Source: a virus
Lineage: Duplodnaviria; Caudoviricetes
IMG/VR virus record: IMGVR_UViG_3300027714_000050
Coordinates: 1-36,631 of that record
Length of the DNA: 36,631 nucleotides
Direction: 5' to 3' (one strand)
Made by a program: the position numbers and the translations under genes. How positions within the stretch are numbered: position 1 is the first letter of the stretch; each line of letters opens with the position of its first letter. Under the pieces are notes generated by a model. That model had not been told where the DNA came from, did no database searches, and saw only the letters and a program-made list of their open reading frames with translations. Shown here piece by piece: positions 1-9,450 of this stretch.

Positions 1-2
1 AT

Positions 3-44
3 GATAAAGGATCTATGGCTAAAAAATACGGTCACAAGAAATAA
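3..44 (+). CDS. 3' end of an upstream gene truncated by the window edge (...DKGSMAKKYGHKK*)
   Basis: Open frame ending in TAA at 42-44, directly abutting the next ATG at 45, like other junctions in this operon. Too short to assign. Confidence 0.35.
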   Translation, partial: DKGSMAKKYGHKK

Positions 45-467
45 ATGGGATTCAAACTAGGAAAAGAAAAAGGCTTTCAAGCAAATAATGGTGAGATTAA
101 AACTAAGTTAAGTTTTAGACGAAACCAACAAGCCGCTATTCCTGGAACGCCTATTATACCTATGCCGCTTGAAGAAAACATTATGGGCGAAGCTAATATG
201 GATGGAACTATATTTGTAAGTGATAAGCTTGATCCTGATAGTTCTGAATACAGACAAGTGGTTAATCATGAGATGAGACACGCTACTGATATGAAGCTTG
301 GTAAGTTGGCTTATGATGATGACCACATTATGTATAATGGAGAAAGATTTGAAAGAGAGGATATAAACGGAGTAGACTCCATACTAGTAGATGGAGAGTG
401 GAAGGAGGCTGGAGACACTGGCTTTCCTTGGGAGAACGATGCAAATAACGGAAATGACGTACAATGA
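45..467 (+). CDS. Small zincin-like (HExxH) metallopeptidase-domain protein
   Basis: VVNHEMRH motif, preceded by a G-x-A...G-T-I-F-V strand pair and followed by FPWENDA, which could supply the third ligand Glu. ATGA overlap with the next gene. Confidence 0.65.
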   Translation: MGFKLGKEKGFQANNGEIKTKLSFRRNQQAAIPGTPIIPMPLEENIMGEANMDGTIFVSDKLDPDSSEYRQVVNHEMRHATDMKLGKLAYDDDHIMYNGERFEREDINGVDSILVDGEWKEAGDTGFPWENDANNGNDVQ

Positions 468-856
468 GTATATTAACTAAATTATTATCAGGTGGAGCGG
501 CTAAACTTGTAGAGAGCGTAGGTGGAGTTATAGACAACCTACATACTTCTAAAGAAGAGAAGCTAGCAGCTGAATTAAAGATTAAAGAGCTAGTAGCAAG
601 CTATGAAGCAGAAATGCAAAAACAAGTAACTGAGCGTTGGAAGATGGATATGCAATCCGATTCATGGCTTAGCAAAAATATAAGACCACTAGTTCTAATA
701 TTTCTAGTAGTATCAACAGTATTATTAATATTTATTGATGCTGGAATTATTCAGTTTGAGGTTAAATCTTCGTGGGTAGACTTATTACAACTAGTATTAA
801 TAACAGTGATCGGCGCCTATTTCGGTGGACGATCATTAGAAAAAGTAAAAAAATAA
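464..856 (+). CDS. Putative holin (GTA 3TM-holin-like family)
   Basis: N-terminal amphipathic helix, coiled coil, SDSWLSKNIRP motif, two hydrophobic helices and a GAYFGGRSLEK basic tail. Confidence 0.7.
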   Translation: MSILTKLLSGGAAKLVESVGGVIDNLHTSKEEKLAAELKIKELVASYEAEMQKQVTERWKMDMQSDSWLSKNIRPLVLIFLVVSTVLLIFIDAGIIQFEVKSSWVDLLQLVLITVIGAYFGGRSLEKVKK

Positions 857-860
857 AATT

Positions 861-1280
861 ATGGGACAAAATTCAACAGAGGTAGCTTATAACTTTGGCC
901 AATTTGGGTCTACGTTTTTAAAAGGCGATGGCGCTAAACTTCTTTTAACAGCTGCAACAGCTAAATATTATGTTTGCGCTGTTACAATGATAACAGACGT
1001 GGCTTTTGAGGCTTTAGAATCTCTTGACGGTGGTGTTGGTATGGGTATGGCTAATACCGCTTTTGTAGGTACCGACGTAATAGCAATAGATGTTGCATGG
1101 AATAAAACTGCAGATGTAGACACTACCGCTGAAACTAACGACGATTCTGATGCAATAGTTAATGCAGATATTTTTCCAAAAGGCATTACTATTTATGGCA
1201 TGTGGGATAATGTAGAGTTGCACTCTGGATCTGCTGTGGTTTATGTAGCGCCAAGACCAGATTACAGAAACAGAGCATAA
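861..1280 (+). CDS. Small beta-rich probable virion protein, copy 1 (paralog of 2063-2437)
   Basis: Shares FGQxGSxFL and FPxGxTIYGxW motifs with 2063-2437. TAATG-coupled to a LamG gene. Confidence 0.6.
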   Translation: MGQNSTEVAYNFGQFGSTFLKGDGAKLLLTAATAKYYVCAVTMITDVAFEALESLDGGVGMGMANTAFVGTDVIAIDVAWNKTADVDTTAETNDDSDAIVNADIFPKGITIYGMWDNVELHSGSAVVYVAPRPDYRNRA

Positions 1281-2011
1281 TGTTAGGATTAGGAAGTGCG
1301 TTAACTACTGGCTCGAATACTGAGCAATTGTATAGTATTACTCTTGACGGTACAAATGATTATATTAACTTTGGTAACGTACTTGACATAGGTACTGGGG
1401 ATTTTAGCATATCTATATGGACTAAATTTTCCGATGCTACTTCTCATAGGCTTGCCAATAAGTACGAGGACGCTAACAACACTTGGGAGCTGAAAACAAA
1501 CTCAGCCGATGTTATCATGTTCAACGGAAAAGATGGTGGTACTTCTTTTGGATCTGTAAGCGGAGGATCGGCTGTAACAGACTTAGAAAATACGTGGGTA
1601 CACATATGCGTAACTAATGATAGGGACGGTAATCATATTATATATGTAAACGGTACCACGGATACTTATGGCAATACAGGTGAATCCATGGCAAACGCCT
1701 CTTTAGACCACAATAATGATGCTGAGATATGGGTTGGTAGGGTTTTGACTGATTACGAAGAGGCTTTTTATAGTGAATTTGCAATGTGGGATGCCGTTTT
1801 AGATGCAGACGCTGTAGCGGCTATATATAACTCTGGCAAACCATTTGACCTAGCAAACAATAGAGGTAATTATGACAATTCAGGTGACTTAACAGGGTAC
1901 TGGAGAATGAATGATGGTAGTGGAACTGTACTTGTTGATAATAGTGGTAATGGTAACAATGGAGCTTTAACAAACGGTGCAACGTTTAGTCCAGATACAC
2001 CTGACGATTAA
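1280..2011 (+). CDS. LamG/concanavalin A-like lectin-domain protein (probable virion appendage or receptor binding), copy 1
   Basis: LDGTNDYI, FSISIW, WVHICVT, IYVNG, EFAMWDAVL and GYWRMNDGSG are typical LamG-like strands. Confidence 0.8.
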   Translation: MLGLGSALTTGSNTEQLYSITLDGTNDYINFGNVLDIGTGDFSISIWTKFSDATSHRLANKYEDANNTWELKTNSADVIMFNGKDGGTSFGSVSGGSAVTDLENTWVHICVTNDRDGNHIIYVNGTTDTYGNTGESMANASLDHNNDAEIWVGRVLTDYEEAFYSEFAMWDAVLDADAVAAIYNSGKPFDLANNRGNYDNSGDLTGYWRMNDGSGTVLVDNSGNGNNGALTNGATFSPDTPDD

Positions 2012-2062
2012 AACAAAAATAAAACAAATTAAATTAACTTAAATTAATTCAAAAAATAAACT

Positions 2063-2437
2063 ATGGCAAAGAAAAATCACGTTGATTTAGCATTCGGACA
2101 ATTAGGTAGTGGATTTTTAGATGGAGCTACGCTTGGTAATAGTTTAACTCCGCCGGTTAATAAGGTTATAGTAGCTATATCTTTCTTAGCAACAACACAG
2201 TTAGATGTTTTAACACCAGCTACAGATGGATTAGGAAGTGGTGGTTCTACGGCTACTGATCCAGGAGATTTATCTTTTGGGATAGCTACGCAAGATGATG
2301 GCCATGGTAGTAACAGTGAGACTGTAAGCACCGCACAAAAATTCCCGGCTGGTATGACTATATACGGAAGATGGTCCGCGGTATCTATGCAAGTAGCTGA
2401 TACTGATGGTGGTTTAATTGCTTATTATAGTTATTAA
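2063..2437 (+). CDS. Small beta-rich probable virion protein, copy 2
   Basis: FGQLGSGFL ... FPAGMTIYGRW; paralog of 861-1280. Confidence 0.6.
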   Translation: MAKKNHVDLAFGQLGSGFLDGATLGNSLTPPVNKVIVAISFLATTQLDVLTPATDGLGSGGSTATDPGDLSFGIATQDDGHGSNSETVSTAQKFPAGMTIYGRWSAVSMQVADTDGGLIAYYSY

Positions 2438-3198
2438 TGCTAGGCAGCGGAATGTTCAATATGTATGATGCAGCTAATGTTTGGGCTAATGATAGTGCGG
2501 TTTTTTTTGACGGAGTAAACGATTTTGCAGAAATAGAAATGCCAGCTGCAGTAAATGCCGGAGTAAGAAACACTTTTACTCTTAGTTTATGGGTAAAGTC
2601 TCATTCAGCAACTATCAATGCAGACTTTATGATATGGTACCACGAAGAGACAAATCCTAGTGATAATGCTTTACAGTACTTATGGTATGACGAAAGTGAA
2701 GAGCAAATTAAGTTTACTAGAACAGATAGGGATGGAAATAATCCAGCAACAAGCATAACTACCCATAGAAAAGGAAGGATGGCAGAATGGAATCATATAG
2801 TGGTAATTGTTGTACACGACAGTGATATGAAGATGTTTGTAAACGCTGCAGATGATGATGTTGTTAGCCTCGCTGATAGTCCTGATAGTTGGACCGCAGC
2901 CCCAGCTAATATGTATTATGGGGTTAATGGTACCACTAATAATGTTTTCTTTAATGGCTACATAAACAATGTGGCTATATGGAACGATAGTTTTGGTGGC
3001 ACAAAAATTGAAGATATTTATAATGAAGGTAGACCAAAAAACGAATTAGAATCCTATGATAATCTGTATTTTTACCACGTTAGTAATGAAAAAACTTTTA
3101 TTAGTGACACTGGTTATCAAGTAGCAACGTTTGGTGCGCCAACCAGCATTGAGCGCGTTGCGTATAGTGGTGCTATAGTGGTAAGCAAACCCGTTTAA
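2437..3198 (+). CDS. LamG/concanavalin A-like lectin-domain protein, copy 2
   Basis: FDGVNDF, FTLSLWVK, WNHIVV, MFVN, FNGYINNVAIWN motifs; same MLGxG start as 1280-2011. Confidence 0.75.
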   Translation: MLGSGMFNMYDAANVWANDSAVFFDGVNDFAEIEMPAAVNAGVRNTFTLSLWVKSHSATINADFMIWYHEETNPSDNALQYLWYDESEEQIKFTRTDRDGNNPATSITTHRKGRMAEWNHIVVIVVHDSDMKMFVNAADDDVVSLADSPDSWTAAPANMYYGVNGTTNNVFFNGYINNVAIWNDSFGGTKIEDIYNEGRPKNELESYDNLYFYHVSNEKTFISDTGYQVATFGAPTSIERVAYSGAIVVSKPV

Positions 3199-3464
3199 TG
3201 AAACATATTAACTACGTAATTTTAAATTACAATATTATAGAAGCTTTAGATTTCTCTTTAAAAAGAAGTACAGACAAAATTTATATAGAGATGAATAAAG
3301 AATCCGTAAGATATAACACAAACAAATTCTTTTTTCAAAGAAAAAAAGGTATTGTTAAATTTAGGGGAAAAGCTCCTAAAGAAATAGAAGGGTACAAAAA
3401 GTACAACCACAGCGAGATTTTAAAAAAAGTACAATCTAGTTGGGGACAATGGAAGTTAAATTAA
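3198..3464 (+). CDS. Small basic hypothetical protein coupled to the LamG gene (possible assembly chaperone)
   Basis: TAATG overlap. The YVIL...LDFS...VRY...VKFxG..P...YxHSEIL...W pattern resembles small proteins I recall following LamG genes in phages (not verified). Confidence 0.55.
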   Translation: MKHINYVILNYNIIEALDFSLKRSTDKIYIEMNKESVRYNTNKFFFQRKKGIVKFRGKAPKEIEGYKKYNHSEILKKVQSSWGQWKLN

Positions 3465-3472
3465 ATTAAATT

Positions 3473-3772
3473 ATGGCAACAAAAGGAACAAACGCAAAAA
3501 TTAAAGAACTTAAAGGTATTAAACCTGAAAAAATCACAACTGAGCAGTTACAAAAAGTTCAGGGTATCATTGGTGATATTAACAAAAGTCAAATGGAAGT
3601 TGGTCAAATGGAATCCAAAAAACATGCAATGTTACATCACGTAGCAGTGTTGCAAGAGCAAGTGGGTGAAATAAAAGAGGAGTTTGAAAAAGATTACGGA
3701 ACTGCTGATGTAAACATACAAGATGGTTTAATAAACTACCCGGAAAATGGCGAAGCTGATAAGAAAGATTAG
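3473..3772 (+). CDS. Hypothetical coiled-coil protein
   Basis: 99 aa, helical heptad character, C-terminal YGxxDVNIxDG motif; AT-rich leader. Confidence 0.65.
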   Translation: MATKGTNAKIKELKGIKPEKITTEQLQKVQGIIGDINKSQMEVGQMESKKHAMLHHVAVLQEQVGEIKEEFEKDYGTADVNIQDGLINYPENGEADKKD

Positions 3773-3968
3773 TATAGGTAAAGATTATAAGAATGACGCT
3801 ATGCACTATGCCGTGGGGCAAGAAGTGTATGGTGGTCATACTATATGCGATATACTAGAAGAAGAAAACAAATTCTCTGTTTATATTAAAAAAGGTAAAG
3901 ATGTACTGCCTTGGAAAGACTTTAATAAGAACATGGCTGTATCAGTAGAGTATAACTTACAATACTAA
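3747..3968 (+). CDS. Small hypothetical phage protein
   Basis: 73 aa, LIRKISIGKDYKNDAMHY; overlaps the previous gene by 26 nt and is TAATG-coupled to the next. Confidence 0.7.
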   Translation: MAKLIRKISIGKDYKNDAMHYAVGQEVYGGHTICDILEEENKFSVYIKKGKDVLPWKDFNKNMAVSVEYNLQY

Positions 3969-4579
3969 TGAAAAGCATTCGTGATTTTGTTGTATCACCA
4001 AAAGGAGAAAGATATAGTAACACTAAAAAATTAGATAACGGAGAGCTTATACTAAACACTGAAATTTATAACCATCAGTATGTTAATAGAGAGGCAACTG
4101 TAGTATCTACTCCAATACTAGGTCATGCTGACATAATGCGTGGTGATACGGTTTTGGTTCACCATAACGTATTTAGAAGGTGGCATGATGTTAAGGGTGT
4201 TGAAAAAAATAGTAGAAGCTACTTTAATGAATCAACTTATTTTATAGGTGAAGACCAAATTTTCTTATATAAAAGAGATAATGAATGGATTTGTCCTAAA
4301 GGATATTGTTTTGTAGCACCATTAAAATCTACAGATCAATTTAATGTTGAATCTGAAAAACCTTTACAAGGTATCGTTAAATATTCAGATGGTACAGTTG
4401 AAGTAAACGATCTAGTTGGTTTTAGACCAAGTAGTGAATACGAGTTTATCGTTGATGGCGAAAGACTATATCGAGTTAAATCTAATTTTATTACAATCAA
4501 ATATGAACATCAAGGAAACGAAGAGAAGTATAATCCAAGCTGGGCACAAGGCGGTAGAGGAGCTAATAAAAGTAGCTAG
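3968..4579 (+). CDS. GroES-like co-chaperonin, probably two tandem GroES-like folds
   Basis: DFVVSP...GELIL...ATVVSTP...IxxGDTVLV, then a second unit CFVAP...GIVKY...VEVNDLVGF...YEFIVDGERLY. Sits upstream of terminase. Confidence 0.6.
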   Translation: MKSIRDFVVSPKGERYSNTKKLDNGELILNTEIYNHQYVNREATVVSTPILGHADIMRGDTVLVHHNVFRRWHDVKGVEKNSRSYFNESTYFIGEDQIFLYKRDNEWICPKGYCFVAPLKSTDQFNVESEKPLQGIVKYSDGTVEVNDLVGFRPSSEYEFIVDGERLYRVKSNFITIKYEHQGNEEKYNPSWAQGGRGANKSS

Positions 4580-4778
4580 AGAAGAAATAGTTGACTCAAG
4601 CGAAGACTTAACTGCTGATAAACTAAAAAACGCAGCGGCAACTAAAAAACTAGCTATATTTGACGCATTTGAAATACTTAACAGAATACAAGAAGAAGAA
4701 GACTTGCTTGAGGGTAAAACACCTAAAGAGGCAAAGGAAAAAATCTTTAAAGGATTCGCAGAAGGTAGATCTAAATAA
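4503..4778 (+). CDS. Putative terminase small subunit (start re-assigned to ATG 4503, MNIKETK...)
   Basis: Short helical protein directly upstream of, and TAATG-coupled to, the large terminase. ATG 4503 has an A-rich leader, and a 4416 start would overlap the previous gene by 164 nt. Confidence 0.5.
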   Translation: MNIKETKRSIIQAGHKAVEELIKVAREEIVDSSEDLTADKLKNAAATKKLAIFDAFEILNRIQEEEDLLEGKTPKEAKEKIFKGFAEGRSK

Positions 4779-6991
4779 TGTACAAGCAAAGTTTAGTTAA
4801 AACGGTTGAGCCTATAAAAAAGACTACAATCAGTCGGCTTAACAAGGGTAAGAAATGGAAGTACGGATACGATAAAGAGCATGATATTATTATACTATCT
4901 CACAGCGGTCAGATAGGAGAAATAATAGAAATACAAAACTTAGTCATCGCTCTACCTAAGGTACCTAAGGATGTGTATAGCAACTCTAAAGATAAGTGGG
5001 TTAAGTTTGAGCAGCCAAAAGAATTAGAGCGCTTAAAGAACATCTTTGATTGGCGCGCGTACCCGGAAGATCAGAAAGATCAATGGCACGACTATATAGA
5101 TGAGGAGTTCAGAAGAAGAGAAGAAGGTTTTTGGTTTACTAATAACGGTAAGCCAACTTGGATAACAGGTACTCACTATATGTACTTGCAGTGGAGTAAG
5201 ATAGATGTAGGTGCAGCAGATTTTAGAGAAGCAAATAGATTATTCTTTATATTCTGGGAAGCTTGTAAAGCAGATAAAAGATGCTACGGTATGTGCTACC
5301 TTAAAAATAGAAGATCTGGGTTTTCCTTTATGTCTTCGGCTGAAACCGTTAATTTAGCTACTCTTGCGAGTGATAGTAGATATGGAATACTATCTAAATC
5401 AGGTGCTGATGCTAAAAAAATGTTTACCGACAAAGTTGTCCCTATATCAATCAACTACCCATTCTTTTTTAAACCTGTCCAAGATGGTATGGATCGCCCT
5501 AAATCCGAATTGGCTTACCGTGTACCTGCTAGTAAGTTTACTAGAAAAAAAATCACGGCTAATGAAAAGCTGGAAGATATACAAGGATTAGATACAACAA
5601 TTGACTGGAAGAATACAGGAGACAATAGTTATGATGGTGAAAAATTAGCCCTTTTAGTACATGATGAAAGTGGTAAATGGGAAAGGCCAGACAATATATT
5701 AAATAACTGGAGAGTTACAAAAACTTGTTTAAGATTAGGTAGTAGAATTATTGGTAAGTGTATGATGGGATCAACATCAAACGCTTTAGATAAAGGAGGT
5801 GAAAACTTTAAAAAACTATACAATGCTTCAGATGTTACAAAAAGAAACAGAAATGGCCAGACAAAGTCTGGTTTATACTCTTTGTTTATCCCAATGGAAT
5901 GGAACTACGAAGGATTTATTGATGAGCACGGAGTTCCAGTTTTCACTACTCCTAATGTCGATAAGTTCGACCCAAGCGGTGAACTAATAGATGTAGGTGT
6001 AATAGATAACTGGCAGAATGAAGTAGATGGTTTAAAAGATGACCAAGACGGTTTAAATGAATTTTACCGCCAGTTTCCTAGAACTACAGAGCACGCGTTT
6101 AGAGATGAAACTAAAGGAAGTATATTTAATCTTGTTAAGTTGTACGAGCAGATAGATTATAATGAAGAGATGTCAAGGACACTAGGTGTTACTCAAGGTA
6201 ACTTTCAATGGGTTAACGGTGTTAAAGATTCACAGGTTATATTTTACCCAGATCCAAAAGGTAGGTTTAAAGTTAGCTGGGTACCATCTCAACAATTACA
6301 AAATAGAGTTATAATTAAAAACGGCATTAAGTATCCTGGCAACGAACATATGGGTGCCTTTGGTTGTGATAGTTATGATATATCAGGAACAGTAGATGGT
6401 GTTGGGTCTAAAGGAGCTTTACACGGTTTGACTAGATTTTCAATGGAAGATGCTCCGGCTAATAGTTTTTTTTTAGAATACTTATCAAGACCACCAACAG
6501 CAGAAATGTTTTTTGAAGATGTTTTAATGGCTTTGGTTTTCTACGGGATGCCAATATTAGCAGAGAATAACAAACCACGTTTGTTGTACTACTTAAGAAG
6601 AAGAGGATACAGAGGGTTTAGTATGAATAGACCTGATAAAATATGGAATAAACTATCTGTAGCAGAAAAAGAAGTTGGTGGTATACCAAATTCAAGCGAA
6701 GATATAAAGCAAGCACACGCAGCTGCGATTGAAATGTACATTCAAGATCACGTGGGTATAAAGCAGGATGGAACTCACGGTGATTGTTATTTTAATGAGT
6801 TAATAAACGACTGGACAAAGTTCGATATAAACAAAAGAACAAAGCACGATGCTTCAATAAGTTCTGGTTTAGCAATTATGGCTAACAACAGACATTTATA
6901 CGCGCCAAACGCAAGCGTTAAAAAACCTAAGTTAAATATAAACGTTTCCAGATACACAAACACTGGAAATAATTCACAAATAATCAAATAA
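4778..6991 (+). CDS. terL: Terminase large subunit
   Basis: Walker-A-like YLKNRRSGFS, Walker B LLVHDESGK, coupling motif MGSTSN, RNase H-like nuclease FGCDSY ... AENN ... HDA. Confidence 0.92.
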   Translation: MYKQSLVKTVEPIKKTTISRLNKGKKWKYGYDKEHDIIILSHSGQIGEIIEIQNLVIALPKVPKDVYSNSKDKWVKFEQPKELERLKNIFDWRAYPEDQKDQWHDYIDEEFRRREEGFWFTNNGKPTWITGTHYMYLQWSKIDVGAADFREANRLFFIFWEACKADKRCYGMCYLKNRRSGFSFMSSAETVNLATLASDSRYGILSKSGADAKKMFTDKVVPISINYPFFFKPVQDGMDRPKSELAYRVPASKFTRKKITANEKLEDIQGLDTTIDWKNTGDNSYDGEKLALLVHDESGKWERPDNILNNWRVTKTCLRLGSRIIGKCMMGSTSNALDKGGENFKKLYNASDVTKRNRNGQTKSGLYSLFIPMEWNYEGFIDEHGVPVFTTPNVDKFDPSGELIDVGVIDNWQNEVDGLKDDQDGLNEFYRQFPRTTEHAFRDETKGSIFNLVKLYEQIDYNEEMSRTLGVTQGNFQWVNGVKDSQVIFYPDPKGRFKVSWVPSQQLQNRVIIKNGIKYPGNEHMGAFGCDSYDISGTVDGVGSKGALHGLTRFSMEDAPANSFFLEYLSRPPTAEMFFEDVLMALVFYGMPILAENNKPRLLYYLRRRGYRGFSMNRPDKIWNKLSVAEKEVGGIPNSSEDIKQAHAAAIEMYIQDHVGIKQDGTHGDCYFNELINDWTKFDINKRTKHDASISSGLAIMANNRHLYAPNASVKKPKLNINVSRYTNTGNNSQIIK

Positions 6992-6996
6992 TAAAT

Positions 6997-9423
6997 ATGG
7001 CAGAGTCTGGCATTAAAAGTTATTTCCCAAGTCAAACGGTTAGCGATGCTGAAAAGCTAAGCTACGACTATGGATTAAAAGTAGGTAAAGCTATAGAGCA
7101 AGAGTGGTTTAGTAACGATAGAGGTTCTAATAGATATAAATCAAACCACAATGATTTTCATAATTTAAGGCTATACGCTAGAGGCGAGCAGTCTGTTCAA
7201 AAGTATAAGGATGAGTTATCTATAAACGGTGATTTGTCCTATCTTAATTTAGATTGGAAGCCTATTCCAATTATATCTAAATTTGTTGATATTGTTGTTA
7301 ACGGAATTTCAGAAAGAACTTATGATATAAAAGCATACTCTCAATCTCCTAACGGCGTTGAAAAACGCACTAAATACATGGAAGCCATACAGAGCGACAT
7401 GGAGATGCAGCAGTTCAATCAAGAAGTGAAGTCTAGGTTTGATGTAGATATGAAAGAAAGTAGCATAGCTAATGAAGATTTACCGGAATCTAGTGAAGAG
7501 CTAGGTTTACACATGCAGCTTAGTTATAAACAGGCAGTTGAACTTGCTGAAGAACAAGCTTTAAATGTTTTATTTGAAGGCAACAAGTACGAGTTAATAA
7601 AAAAACGCTTTTATCAAGATTTAACTATACTAGGTATTGGAGCTGTAAAAACAGGATTCAATACATCTCAAGGTGTTGTTATTGATTATGTTGATCCAGC
7701 AAACTTAGTTTACTCATACACTGAATCACCTTATTTTGAAGATATATATTATGTAGGTGAAGCAAAAACAATTCCAGTAAATGAGTTAGCAAAAGAGTTT
7801 CCTCATTTAACAGCAGAAGATCTAGAGGATATAATGAAAAATAAGTCTAATAATAGATCTAACTACAACTCATCTCACAGTTACGACAAAGAAGACAACA
7901 ACACTGTTCAGGTTTTGTATTTTAACTATAAGACTTATATGAATGAAGTTTATAAAGTTAAAGAAACCAGTAGTGGTGCTGATAAAATTATACCAAGAGA
8001 CGATCAGTATGATCCACCAGAAAATAAAGAGGGTGGGTATAGTAGGATGTTAAGATCTATAGAGTGTCTTTATGATGGGGCTATGATTCTTGGCACTGAT
8101 AAATTACTTAAGTGGGAAATGGCTAAAAACATGATGAGGCCTAAAAGTGATTACACTAAGGTTAAGATGAATTACGCTATTGTAGCTCCAAGAATGTATA
8201 ACGGTAAAATTGATTCTCTTGTTAGAAGAATAACTGGTTTTGCTGATATGATTCAACTTACACACTTGAAATTACAACAAGTATTATCAAGAATGGTTCC
8301 AGACGGAGTTTATCTTGATGCCGATGGATTAGCCGAAGTTGATTTGGGTAATGGTACTAATTATAATCCTCAAGAAGCATTAAACATGTTTTTTCAAACT
8401 GGTTCGGTTATTGGAAGAAGCTTTACCTCTGAAGGTGATATGAATCCAGGTAAAGTACCTATTCAAGAAATAACAAGTGGTAGTGGTGGTGGTAAAATGC
8501 AGGCTCTTATAGGTAACTACAACTACTACATGCAGATGATAAGAGATGTGACTGGTCTTAACGAAGCTAGAGATGGAAGCACTCCAGATAAAAACGCTTT
8601 AGTTGGAGTTCAAAAACTAGCTGCCGCAAACTCTAACACAGCAACTAGACATATATTGCAAGCTGGTTTATTTTTAACCGCTGAAACAGCAGAGTGTTTA
8701 TCTCTTAGAATATCTGATATCATAGAGTACTCACCAACCAAAGAAGCTTTTATACAAGCTATTGGTGCGCATAACGTAGCAACTTTAGAAGAAATGTCTG
8801 AACTGCATCTTTATGATTTTGGTATATTCATAGACTTACAACCAGATGAAGAGGAAAAAGGTAGATTAGAAAACAATATACAAATGGCGTTGCAACAAAA
8901 AAGTATAGATTTAGAAGATGCTATTGATCTTAGAGAAATAAGAAATATTAAGCTCGCAAATCAAATGCTTAAAATGCGTAGAAAGAAAAAAGAGCAAAAA
9001 GATAGAAAGCTTCAAATGGAAAACATACAAGCGCAAACAGAATCTAACGCTAAATCTGCTCAAGCCGCAGCTCAAGTTGATGTTCAAAAAAACCAAGCGT
9101 TAAACGCTGGTAAAGCAGAGTTAATGAAAATGGAGTCTCAAATTAACTCTCAAAAAATGATGCAAGAAGTAGAAATGAAAAAGCAATTAATGGGCTTAGA
9201 GTTTCAGTACAACATGCAATTAAAAGGCGTTGAGGTTGAAGGTAAAAAATCAGGAGAAAAAGAAAAAGAAGATCGTAAAGATGAAAGAACAAAAATTCAA
9301 GCAACTCAACAAAGCGAGATGATTGAACAAAGAAATGCTGGGAAACCACCTAAAAACTTTGAGTCTGCCGGTAATGATATACTAGGTGGCGGATTTGATT
9401 TGGGTAGTTTTGATCCTAGTTAG
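6997..9423 (+). CDS. Portal protein
   Basis: 808 aa directly after terL. Contains PIPIISKFVDIVVNG and IRDVTGLNEARDG motifs and a long Q/K/E-rich C-terminal coiled coil (barrel). Confidence 0.88.
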   Translation: MAESGIKSYFPSQTVSDAEKLSYDYGLKVGKAIEQEWFSNDRGSNRYKSNHNDFHNLRLYARGEQSVQKYKDELSINGDLSYLNLDWKPIPIISKFVDIVVNGISERTYDIKAYSQSPNGVEKRTKYMEAIQSDMEMQQFNQEVKSRFDVDMKESSIANEDLPESSEELGLHMQLSYKQAVELAEEQALNVLFEGNKYELIKKRFYQDLTILGIGAVKTGFNTSQGVVIDYVDPANLVYSYTESPYFEDIYYVGEAKTIPVNELAKEFPHLTAEDLEDIMKNKSNNRSNYNSSHSYDKEDNNTVQVLYFNYKTYMNEVYKVKETSSGADKIIPRDDQYDPPENKEGGYSRMLRSIECLYDGAMILGTDKLLKWEMAKNMMRPKSDYTKVKMNYAIVAPRMYNGKIDSLVRRITGFADMIQLTHLKLQQVLSRMVPDGVYLDADGLAEVDLGNGTNYNPQEALNMFFQTGSVIGRSFTSEGDMNPGKVPIQEITSGSGGGKMQALIGNYNYYMQMIRDVTGLNEARDGSTPDKNALVGVQKLAAANSNTATRHILQAGLFLTAETAECLSLRISDIIEYSPTKEAFIQAIGAHNVATLEEMSELHLYDFGIFIDLQPDEEEKGRLENNIQMALQQKSIDLEDAIDLREIRNIKLANQMLKMRRKKKEQKDRKLQMENIQAQTESNAKSAQAAAQVDVQKNQALNAGKAELMKMESQINSQKMMQEVEMKKQLMGLEFQYNMQLKGVEVEGKKSGEKEKEDRKDERTKIQATQQSEMIEQRNAGKPPKNFESAGNDILGGGFDLGSFDPS

Positions 9424-9450
9424 AATTATTAATTATTATTATATTATATT

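Noticed and set aside
4416-4502. Track start for the small terminase candidate
   Set aside because: It would overlap the GroES-like gene by 164 nt; ATG 4503 has a better A-rich context.
5364-5987. Alternate-frame + strand ORFs inside terL (5364-5591, 5799-5987)
   Set aside because: Typical +1 shadow translations with no motif or distinctive leader, unlike the 9614 ORF.
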